Assembly (NCBI GenBank): GCA_965215195.1
Contig: CBDCDC010000002.1
Coordinates: forward strand, 1,056,001-1,120,000
Length of the DNA stretch: 64,000 nucleotides
Origin: Candidatus Latescibacterota bacterium
GTDB taxonomy: Bacteria; Latescibacterota; UBA2968; UBA8231
Direction of reading: 5' to 3'
The notes beneath the pieces were generated by a model. The model was not told the DNA's origin. It worked only from the letters and a program-made list of their open reading frames with translations, and searched no databases. A program made the position numbers and the translations under genes. This document shows positions 47,879 through 56,738 of this stretch, one piece after another (position 1 is the stretch's first letter; each line of letters begins with the position of its first letter).

Positions 47879-49437
47879 ATGCGGCTTTGAACGGACTGGG
47901 CAGCTATCTATTCGGCTGGTTTAGTCAGTTAAGTATTGAACTAGCGGCGTTGGCGGTCTTAGTCCTAGTGGCCGGTCGCTTGTTGCCGATAAAGTCGCCG
48001 GCCTTGCGCCACCTGTTGTGGGCTATCGTGCTGCTCAAGCCGCTCGTCGCCGTTGCGGTCAGCTCGCCCTATACGCTCTTCACGCCGTTGGTGCCGTTCG
48101 CGGATCACTATTGGAATACCGTCGCGTCTTTGCGCGTTGACCATCCAACGGTACACGTAGCGACTTCTCCAACAATTGCCACAAGTAGTGTGCGACTTAC
48201 TACAGCCGGTTGGGGAGCGATCCTGTGGATGGTAGGCGCAGCGTTGCTCATCGGGCGGATTCTGATCGGCTGCGGCATCGTCTGGTGCTTGCGGCAGCAG
48301 GCGCAAGTGCAACACAACGGCCCGCTTTGCGACGCCCTGCGGCAAGCGCGTCAGACCCTCGACTGCTATCCCAAGGTCGAGGTGGCAACCTCCCCTTCTA
48401 TTGGCTCGCCGATGGCGCTGGGCATCCTGAGACCGCTCATTGTCTTTCCCGCCGATCTTGTGGAAAAACTACGCACCGACGAACTCACGCTGATCCTCAT
48501 GCACGAGCTGGCACACGTGCGCCGCTGGGACAACCTCACGATGCTGCTGCACCGACTAGTCTCCGCTGCATTGTTCTTCCATCCCGCCGTATGGCTGTGC
48601 GGCCATAAGTTACGGCAGGAAACCGAACAGGCCTGCGACGATCTCGTGGTATGCGCCACCGGCCGCTCAGAAGCCTATGCGCACGGCCTAGCTCACGTCG
48701 CTGAACGAGCGGCCCACTTAAACCCTTTGATAAGTAGAATCCCCACGATGAACGCTTTTGCAGCAGAATCGGATTTGGCACTGAGAATCCGCAGGGCGCT
48801 TGGCGGCAGTGCGCGCCGGATGGGTACGCGGGCGCGCGTGTTGGCGGCGGTACTATTGTGTCCCTTAGCTGCTGTGACGCTGCCCTCTTGTGGCACTGCT
48901 GACAACAGCACGGGTGGCGACCTGTCAGCGGCTAAAGTCGCGCCTGAGTCAAGTCGGGATAACGAAATCTGGCGAGAGACGATGGCGACCAATCCAGACG
49001 AATGGTCCGACGAACTGAAAGCCCAGCTTCTCGCGCTTAAACCCGGCAGCACCATCGAAGAAGTCGCCGAGGAGGTCCGGCGAAAGGCATTCGCCGAGGA
49101 GGTCCGTCAGCGCATGCCTTGGCGAGAGGCGACCGATCCGGACAAATGGCCTGACGAACTGAAAGCCCAGCTTCTCGCGCTTAAACCCGGCATCCCGACC
49201 ATCCCGTATGAAATAGCCACCGCTGCATCGGCTGAATTAGCTATTTATAATGTGGCTGGACAGACCGTTCGAACCTTTGTTTTAGGCCATCAGAGTCCCG
49301 GCAAACATAGCATCGTCTGGGACGGGCGGGACGATGCCGGCCGCGAGCTCAGCAACGGCATGTACTTCTGTAAGTTGCAAACCGACGCAGAGGCGGAGGG
49401 CAAGATGATATTCGGTAAGATGATATTGGTTAAATAA
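47875..49437 (+). CDS. M56 (BlaR1-like) metallopeptidase with repeat region and FlgD-Ig C-terminus
   Basis: HELAHVRRWD, FFHPAVW, EQACDD; WDGRDDAGRELSNGMYF. Confidence 0.92.
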   Translation: MNAALNGLGSYLFGWFSQLSIELAALAVLVLVAGRLLPIKSPALRHLLWAIVLLKPLVAVAVSSPYTLFTPLVPFADHYWNTVASLRVDHPTVHVATSPTIATSSVRLTTAGWGAILWMVGAALLIGRILIGCGIVWCLRQQAQVQHNGPLCDALRQARQTLDCYPKVEVATSPSIGSPMALGILRPLIVFPADLVEKLRTDELTLILMHELAHVRRWDNLTMLLHRLVSAALFFHPAVWLCGHKLRQETEQACDDLVVCATGRSEAYAHGLAHVAERAAHLNPLISRIPTMNAFAAESDLALRIRRALGGSARRMGTRARVLAAVLLCPLAAVTLPSCGTADNSTGGDLSAAKVAPESSRDNEIWRETMATNPDEWSDELKAQLLALKPGSTIEEVAEEVRRKAFAEEVRQRMPWREATDPDKWPDELKAQLLALKPGIPTIPYEIATAASAELAIYNVAGQTVRTFVLGHQSPGKHSIVWDGRDDAGRELSNGMYFCKLQTDAEAEGKMIFGKMILVK

Positions 49438-49613
49438 CCATTAGGCGCGCATCCACAAGATGGTCAAGCTCCAATAGGAGTGTCCGTCTCTGTTGCACTC
49501 CTGCTAGAGGAGTTCGCCGACTCCAATACCTCGTAGGTGTGCTTCTCTGAGTCCTTCAGGAAAGTATATCGTAAAATGACGGTCAATGCGATCTATCTCC
49601 GACTCTTTTTGTA

Positions 49614-49678
49614 TCAACTAAAAAATTAGTTGACAAGTCAAGTGCCGTTGAGTATATTCAACTAAATTCTTAGTTGAA
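49614..49678 (+). promoter_or_regulatory. Duplicated sigma70 promoter with two BlaI-type operators
   Basis: tcaactaa-aaaa-ttagttga overlapping TTGACA(49630)-17-TATATT, then ttcaactaa-attc-ttagttgaa. Confidence 0.8.
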
Positions 49679-49688
49679 AAGACTTGTC

Positions 49689-49790
49689 ATGACGATCAGA
49701 GATAATCCCGCAAAAGCTGATCCCGCTCGAAACGCTCATTCAGTCGCCTGTTGCCGATAAAGTTGCCGGCCTTGCGCCACCTGTTATGGG
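49689..49790 (+). pseudogene. Collapsed remnant of a second blaI/blaR1 pair
   Basis: cccgctcgaaacgctcatt matches the blaI 5' end; ttgccgataaagttgccggccttgcgccacctgtt matches the M56 5' region near 47985. Confidence 0.75.
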
Positions 49791-49901
49791 CAAAGCGGAG
49801 ATGATCCGCAAGATAGGTCTAGGCACGATGGTTCATGTTCACGCCTCAAGGCACGGTGGATTTGGCAATTGTGAACGAAATCTCTGGAATGGAGAACCAT
49901 T

Positions 49902-50492
49902 TTGGGTGAGGTTAAAAGGGGGATTCTCCTACGGATTTTATTCTACACGGTTGTCGGTCTCGTTTTCGTCAACATAGCAATCGTCAGCGGAACGTGTGCT
50001 CTATACATAGAGCTCTGGCAATTGAAGGATCTGGAGCAAAGTCGCTTGGAAGCGGTCTTCCCCCGTTTACCAGACGAAAGACTAAGAGAGTTATTAAATC
50101 GATTTTTCCCGGGGTTCACGTCCTATCGCCGTGAGACGCGAGCAAACTTGGTTCGATATGAGGTCTCCCAAGGATGGACCTCATTAGGGGTTGCATACCA
50201 AATTCGCGAGGATATTTCGTGCCCAGTGTGTGCGGATGTCAGGGCTCTTGTCGAGGTTCGAAATGGGAAAATAGGAAATATCATTCTTATTGATCCATTT
50301 CACCTGTATGGCAAACCCATGCCAGCGGAATTGCAGCAGTCCTTTATTGCCCAATTCGAGAACAAGGAAATAAAGGAAAGAATGCTGGTTGGATTCAATG
50401 TGGATGGAATATCGGGAGCGACTAAAAGTTCTGAGAAGTTCGCAAACGGTATTTACAGAATCAAACTGGATATGGCGGGAGGTTCCAGATGA
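49902..50492 (+). CDS. Membrane-anchored FMN-binding domain protein
   Basis: N-terminal TM; CPVC; VDGISGATKSS flavinylation-type motif. Confidence 0.8.
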   Translation: MGEVKRGILLRILFYTVVGLVFVNIAIVSGTCALYIELWQLKDLEQSRLEAVFPRLPDERLRELLNRFFPGFTSYRRETRANLVRYEVSQGWTSLGVAYQIREDISCPVCADVRALVEVRNGKIGNIILIDPFHLYGKPMPAELQQSFIAQFENKEIKERMLVGFNVDGISGATKSSEKFANGIYRIKLDMAGGSR

Positions 50493-51085
50493 AAGGGAAA
50501 TCATATTTTTGGAGATTTGCTTTGATCGCTTTCCTCGTCAGTTCAGGAACTTTTCTTTGGGATCTCCAATCCAGTCTTCACCTCGACATTCTGAACGTGA
50601 CTAAACGGCTGGAATCCAAAGATACAATGAATTGGACGAAGTCTGTCCCCATTGGTTCCACCATGCCACACTTTGAATTGTCTTCACTAAATGGCGATGT
50701 AGTCTCTTCTGGGGCACTCAAAGCACAACTGATACTACTTGTATTCTTCGCGCTAGACGATTGTCCTGCGGGTCTGTTAGAGGCGAAGCTTTGGAGGGAC
50801 ATAGATCGGACCTATGAAGATTCCGATGTAGCCGTTCTCGGCATCACTACGTCTCCAATTGACACCTACAAGATGACAATCTTCAAAAGAGGAAGACATA
50901 TCGAGTTCCCGATACTTCTAGACCCGGCAGGAGAATACAAAGACACTTTTGGAATTACAAATACACCAACCAAAGTTTTGGTCGATAATCTTGGGAGGAT
51001 CATAGACGCCAGTGCTTCAGGACAGTCACTAGTTGAGCATAAACTATATAAGGAGAAAATTGTCCGTTTACTCGAAATATTATGA
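50489..51085 (+). CDS. Membrane-anchored redoxin (AhpC/TSA-TlpA fold), single active-site Cys
   Basis: GSTMPHFEL.SLNG, FFALDDCPAG, FPILLD...FGITNTPTKVLVD. Confidence 0.8.
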   Translation: MKGKSYFWRFALIAFLVSSGTFLWDLQSSLHLDILNVTKRLESKDTMNWTKSVPIGSTMPHFELSSLNGDVVSSGALKAQLILLVFFALDDCPAGLLEAKLWRDIDRTYEDSDVAVLGITTSPIDTYKMTIFKRGRHIEFPILLDPAGEYKDTFGITNTPTKVLVDNLGRIIDASASGQSLVEHKLYKEKIVRLLEIL

Positions 51086-51187
51086 ATCTGAGTTAAGAAT
51101 ACTTACCCGAGTGAGAATGAGTTTCATGCGAAATTGCCATGCCCATTGGCCTATTCACAATATGCACACAGAAAGGAGGTGATACCT

Positions 51188-51385
51188 ATGAGACGCTTTT
51201 ATGCCTTCGGAGTGCTAGTAGCAACTGCGGTAGCGGCTGCGCTTGGCCTCAAAGTTACTGAGGCTCGTGCGCACGGTTGTGATGTTCCGGAGTGTCTAGA
51301 GCCGTGGTTATACACATTTAACTGCGGATCCGATATTTGCGGTAATAAAGATTTTACGCTTCGCTGTGGATACTGTATTCCCTGA
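51188..51385 (+). CDS. Secreted six-cysteine peptide (65 aa)
   Basis: Strong RBS aaaggaggt; signal peptide ending ARA; mature HGCDVPECLEPWLYTFNCGSDICGNKDFTLRCGYCIP. Confidence 0.8.
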   Translation: MRRFYAFGVLVATAVAAALGLKVTEARAHGCDVPECLEPWLYTFNCGSDICGNKDFTLRCGYCIP

Positions 51386-51481
51386 GTTCTCTACTGAGAC
51401 TTGAGACTTAGGCAAATGTAATTGAGGCCAATGGGCATGGCATACCTAACATACCTAAGAAAATATCACAAGGAGTTGAAA

Positions 51482-52522
51482 ATGAGATCGTTGGTTTGTA
51501 CTTTAGGAAGCCTTTGCTATTCCATCATTATTTTTTTCATTTCAGCCGGATATGGTTTCGCAGAGACTTCGCTTCCAGAAGATCATCTGTTCCAGCAACA
51601 ACTTGCTATTGGAACAGATGATATAGACCAATCGAATTATAACTTCGGGAAGATTGGTGGTATTACTACGGATACGATAGGCAACATTTATGTTGGAGAT
51701 AATGGCCTATATCGGATTCTGAAGTTTTCCTCTGGCGGTCAATTCCTTCACTCGTTTGGGACTGGGAATGGAGTTGAACCTGGAGAGTTTATGGATCTCA
51801 GAGGCATTGCAGTGGATGAGGACAATAATCTTTTTGTTGCGGATTTTAAGATGAATCGAATTACCGTTTTTCAGGAGGACGGCACTCTTTTAAGAACCAT
51901 AGAAACATCTATGATGCCATATAGACTAATTATAGACAAAGAGGGAGCATTCTATGTGATAGGAATGCCATTGTCTTTCGAAGGTCCTTTGATTCATAAA
52001 TATGATGCCTCCGGTCAATTCGTCCTAGCTTTTTGTGATCGTGAAGGGGTCCATGATTTGGCACTTCAGTCGGGGAATATGGGACGCATAGCGATTGATA
52101 GCGACCAACACATATACTACGCCTTACCCTATCCATACGAAATACGAAAATTCTCATCCGATGGCAAATTACTTGCTACCATCGAGCGTCCCGATGCGGG
52201 ACTTGGACCTCCCGTAGAGGATGAAACGTCGCCTGGAATCAGCATGGGTTGTGCCTCAAAAGGGTTGGCTGTCTTACCGGATGGAAAAATTGCTAATGTA
52301 TTCACCCGCCTTATAGACCGCCAGAGTAATGAGATGGAGTATTATTTTGATCTGTTCTCCCCGAAGGGGGATCTATTGTTGACGACATCTCTATCCGATC
52401 ACATCGAGCATTATAGCAGAAGCTTGCATTTTCATGCCGACAAAGACGGGTATGTATATTTGGACCAGTTTGGTACTTATCCATCGATTGTGAAATTCGC
52501 TTTGAATTATTATCACGACTGA
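51482..52522 (+). CDS. Secreted NHL/6-bladed beta-propeller protein
   Basis: Signal peptide; GNIYVGD..RILKFS..G; G.EPGEF..LRGIAVD...LFVAD. Confidence 0.85.
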   Translation: MRSLVCTLGSLCYSIIIFFISAGYGFAETSLPEDHLFQQQLAIGTDDIDQSNYNFGKIGGITTDTIGNIYVGDNGLYRILKFSSGGQFLHSFGTGNGVEPGEFMDLRGIAVDEDNNLFVADFKMNRITVFQEDGTLLRTIETSMMPYRLIIDKEGAFYVIGMPLSFEGPLIHKYDASGQFVLAFCDREGVHDLALQSGNMGRIAIDSDQHIYYALPYPYEIRKFSSDGKLLATIERPDAGLGPPVEDETSPGISMGCASKGLAVLPDGKIANVFTRLIDRQSNEMEYYFDLFSPKGDLLLTTSLSDHIEHYSRSLHFHADKDGYVYLDQFGTYPSIVKFALNYYHD

Positions 52523-52560
52523 GTTTTTATTGTCCTCTTCTGTCAGGAGCTGGGCTGGGT

Positions 52561-55283
52561 ATGCTACTCAGTTACTTAACGTTGGCACTGCGAAGCCTAC
52601 TTTGCTACAAAATGCACTCGTCGATCAGTGTGTTTGGACTCGCGATCGGTTTTGCCTGCTTCATTATCGCGTTTGTCTTTATTGCACATGAGATGAGTTA
52701 CGATGCCTTCCACGAGAACGCGGAGCGACTGTATCGAGTTAGAAGTGATAAGATCGAAAAACGGACGGGCATCCGGCATAGTTATGCTGCGATCTGGCAC
52801 TCCATAGCCCCTTTATTGAAAAGTGATTTTCCAGAAATCGAAGATATTGTACGCGTCCGTCTCTTCTACGAACAGAGCTGGTCCGTTCACTATCAGGACA
52901 AGCACTTCTTGGAAGATCAGGTTTATTTTGCAGACCCGATGTTTTTTGATTTTTTCTCCTTTTCCTTGAAGGAAGGCGATGCCCAAACGGCGCTGGAGGC
53001 TCCCTACTCCATTGTGTTGACGGAACAGACCGCCTCGAAGTACTTCGGGAGCGACAATCCTGTGGGTAAAACCCTGCACATCGGCCTAGATAGTAATAGG
53101 ACATACGAATACCTTGTTACGGGCGTGGTCCAGGATCTTCCGTCTAATACACACTTCAAATTTGATTTTGTCGCGTCGATAAAGGAATTCAAGCTCCGCA
53201 AGGGGTATGAGACCTATTGCCATACCTACATTCGATTGGCTGAAAATGCCTCGCCAGAGAGCTTGGAGAACAAATCTTCTGAGTTTTTGGAACGGTACTA
53301 CAACATAAAAGAATGGGAATGGACGATGCAACTTTTTCTTCAATCTTTACAAGACATCCATCTCCATTCCCATTTCAAGTGGGAACTGAGTCCCAACCAA
53401 GATGTGCGATACCTGTATCTTTTGATGGGCATTGCACTGGTCATCTTGCTTATGGTGTGCATCAATTACGTAAACCTATCAACTTTTCGATTTACCCAAC
53501 GGGCGAAAGAAGTGGGGCTGCGGAAAGCACTGGGCGGGGTGCAATCACAACTAGTTCAGCAGTTCTTGGGTGAAACGCTTCTTTTGACGTTCCTTGCGTT
53601 TCTGGTCAGTCTGGTGCTGGTACTGTATTCATGGCCTTATTTAAGTAGATTTTTTGCGGATGTAGAGATAGATACTTTTCGGCTTGCGATAGACTATGGC
53701 CCCTGGCTGATCGCTTCTATCGTGTGCATTGGTCTGATTGCTGGTTTGTATCCCGCCTTTTTCCTAGCCAAGTTCAACCCCGTGGATACCTTGGGGGGGC
53801 ACACCCAAAGTGGGGCTACGGTCGGTTTCCTGAGAAAAACGCTGGTCATTTTCCAATTCGCGCTCTCCATCGTTCTCCTTATCACCACGCTTGCCTTGCG
53901 CCATCAGTTAGCATTTATGAGAAGTCAGGACTTGGGATTTGATCGGGAACAGGTGGTCGTAATTCCCGCGAAGACCTTCCAGCCAACGCGTATTGCCGAG
54001 TATTTGCAGGATCCGAGAATTTTGAACCTATCAGGTACTTTCGGGTCACCCGGTGTCTTGGATATGGAGGGCAGGTTTATTCCGGAGGGACAGGATAAGG
54101 TAAGTATAAATACTATTGATGTCGGTTATACCTATCTGGAAACCATGGGCTTGGAACTGGTTTCCTGAGAAAAACGCTGGTCATTTCCCAATTCGCGCTC
54201 TCCATCGTTCTCCTTATCACCACGCTTGCCTTGCACAATCAATTGGCATTCCTGAGAAGTCAGGACGTGGGGTTTGATCGGGAACAGATAGTCGTGATTC
54301 CCGCGAAGACCTTACAGCCAGCGAGCATTGCCGAGTATTTGCAGGATCCGAGGATTTTGAACCTATCCGGTACTTTCGGATCACCCGGTGTCTTGGATAT
54401 AAGGGGCAGGTTTATTCCGGAAGAACAGGACGCCGTACGTATGAATACTATTGATGTTGGTTATACCTATCTGGAAACCATGGGTTTGGAGCTGATCGCC
54501 GGGCGCAATTTTTCAGCAGACTTCCCCTCGGATGAGCATGATGCCTTCATAATCAACGAATCGGCCGCTAAGTTCTTGGGATGGAAAAACCCGGTCGGTA
54601 AAAGCTTGGTCACCTCTAGGCCACAGCGTCGGTCCGCTTCAAGCAAGGTTATCGGCGCAGTCAAGGATTTTCACTACCAGTCTTTGCATCATTCTATCGA
54701 ACCGCTGGTCATTGGTCTGCGGTGGAATATGCAGAACGTGCTTGCTATTAAACACCTTACGGTCAGAATCGACTCAAGAGACATATCGGGTGCCTTGGCG
54801 TTTCTCAAAGCCAAGACGCGCGAGTTCGTACCCGACGAACCCTTTCAATACTATTTCCTCGACGACGTTTTCGATCAATTCTACCGGGAAGAGGAGCGGA
54901 TATTCCGTCTGATCGGCTTTTTCAGCGCCCTGTCGATTGGGATCATTTGCTTGGGTGTGTTGGGGCTGGCCTCCTTTTCGGTTGAGCAGCGCATGAAGGA
55001 AATCGGCATTCGCAAAGTGTTGGGGGCCTCTTCCTCGGGTCTGGTGTATTTGCTGATGAAACCCGTTTTGGTCTGGCTGGTCGTCGCCAATCTGCTTGCT
55101 TGGCCTGTCGCTTATATGACCAATCAAGCCTGGTTGCAGCATTTTGCGTATCGAAGCGATTCCGCTGGGTGGGCGTTTTTGCTGGGTAGTCTGATTCAGG
55201 CCCTGACTGTTATGATCACCATCGTTTTGCAAACCAGCAAAGCGGTGCAGATAAACCCGGTTCAGACACTCAAGAGCGAATAG
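52561..55283 (+). pseudogene. MacB/FtsX-type ABC permease split by an internal duplication (ORFs 52561..54168 and 54231..55283)
   Basis: SYDAFH, RAKEVGLRKALG, DLGFDREQV, QRMKEIGIRKVLGAS; 335-bp diverged tandem duplication at 53824-54493. Confidence 0.85.
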
Positions 55284-55447
55284 TGGTTTATGGGAAGCCG
55301 TGCAAGAGCTATAACCGAGGAGGGCACTGAAGGCAACTCGACAGTCTCATAAAGCAGCCCGGCGGGGGTTTTAAGAACACCTTCTGAGAATTGGCTGATC
55401 GCATTATGCCGACACAACGGGAAAGTTCTGCCAATCGTCGCCGAATA

Positions 55448-56599
55448 CTATACCAATTCCCCGATGTCCCGCCATCCCAAGACGATCCCGTGGGCGCGTT
55501 CTTGGCGCTCCTCGCCGCCGTAGATCAGATAGTAGTTCTGCTCCACCGGCAAGTCCGTTGCCAACTTTTTATAGTAGCGCAAACCCTTAAACTGGTCCGT
55601 CCCCAGCGTCGCACCCGCCTTGATTTCGACCACCTGCCGCCGGCCGCCCCGTTCGTAGAGCAAATCCAACTCGTTGCCGATGTTGTCGCGCCAGAAGTAG
55701 AGGTCTGGACGACGGCCCGCGTTGACGTGCTGCTTGATTACCTCGGCGATGACCCAATTCTCAAAAATCGCTCCGCGCAAATAGTGGGTGGCGAGTTGGT
55801 CGGCCGACTCCAGCCCCAAAAGCGAGCAAAGCAGGCCCGTGTCGTAGAAGTAGAGCTTGGGCGACTTGATGAGCCGCTTGGCAAAATTCTCGTGATGCGG
55901 ATAGAGCAGGAAGGCGATATAACTGGCTTCCAATACCGAAATCCAAGCGCGCACCGTCTTGTAGTTGCCGAGGCCGCTCAAGTCGAGCAATTGGCCGACG
56001 CGACCGGCACAGACCCGCAAAAAGCGCTGGAAGGCGCTCAGGTCGCCGATATTGCGCAGGCTCCTCACGTCGCGTTCGACATAGGTCTGGATATAGGCCG
56101 GATAGTACAAGGGCGGGGGGACGCCGCGATCGTAGAGGACGGGATAGCCGCCTTTGAACAGGCTTTCGTCGAGGCTTAAATGAGTGCTAGCCGCAAGCTC
56201 CTGGTGGGAAAAGGGCAGCAGCGTGTGCGGGGCGACGCGCCCGGCCAGCGACTGGCTGACCTGCTCCAACAGCAGGAAATTCTGCGAGCCAGTGAGGACG
56301 AATTGGCCCATAGCACCGCGCTCGTCCACCAGCACCTGCAAATAGGAAAACAACGCCGGAACCTTCTGCGCCTCGTCGATGATCAGCCCCCGGTCCTCGT
56401 ACTGCGCTAGGAAGCGCCGCGGATCTTCTTCGGCAGCTAAACGGTCGTCGAGTCGTTCGAGATTGACGTAGGCGTAGTCGGGGAAAACCTCGCGCACGAG
56501 CGTGATCTTGCCCGACTGACGCGGGCCGGAGACCGAGAGGATTGGATAGAATGGGGCCAGCTTTTTGAGCTGGGAGCTGAGCTGACGTTGAATGTACAT
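55448..56599 (-). CDS. AAA_14 ATPase + DUF4143 protein
   Basis: GPRQSGK, IIDEAQ, LTGSQ..SLAGR, KSPKLYFYDTG, ELDLL...VEIK. Confidence 0.92.
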   Translation of the reverse strand: MYIQRQLSSQLKKLAPFYPILSVSGPRQSGKITLVREVFPDYAYVNLERLDDRLAAEEDPRRFLAQYEDRGLIIDEAQKVPALFSYLQVLVDERGAMGQFVLTGSQNFLLLEQVSQSLAGRVAPHTLLPFSHQELAASTHLSLDESLFKGGYPVLYDRGVPPPLYYPAYIQTYVERDVRSLRNIGDLSAFQRFLRVCAGRVGQLLDLSGLGNYKTVRAWISVLEASYIAFLLYPHHENFAKRLIKSPKLYFYDTGLLCSLLGLESADQLATHYLRGAIFENWVIAEVIKQHVNAGRRPDLYFWRDNIGNELDLLYERGGRRQVVEIKAGATLGTDQFKGLRYYKKLATDLPVEQNYYLIYGGEERQERAHGIVLGWRDIGELV

Positions 56600-56632
56600 T
56601 CTTTACAAAATAGGATCTGAAATCCTATTTTG

Positions 56633-56712
56633 CTAAGTACACGACACTAAGGTTTCCGCGAGGTGCGCGGGCAGCTTGCCCGTCAACAGGGGCTGAGGGG
56701 TCGTGTACTTAG
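56633..56712. mobile_element. MITE family B, 80-bp copy
   Basis: ctaagtacacgac...gtcgtgtacttag; 8-bp TSD ctattttg. Confidence 0.88.
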
Positions 56713-56738
56713 CTATTTTGTAAAGAAATTGGAACACT

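Noticed and set aside
47875-49437. Beta-lactam resistance locus
   Set aside because: No beta-lactamase and no penicillin-binding sensor domain.
51441-51458. catacctaa tandem repeat upstream of the propeller gene
   Set aside because: Two copies of 9 bp; too short to interpret.
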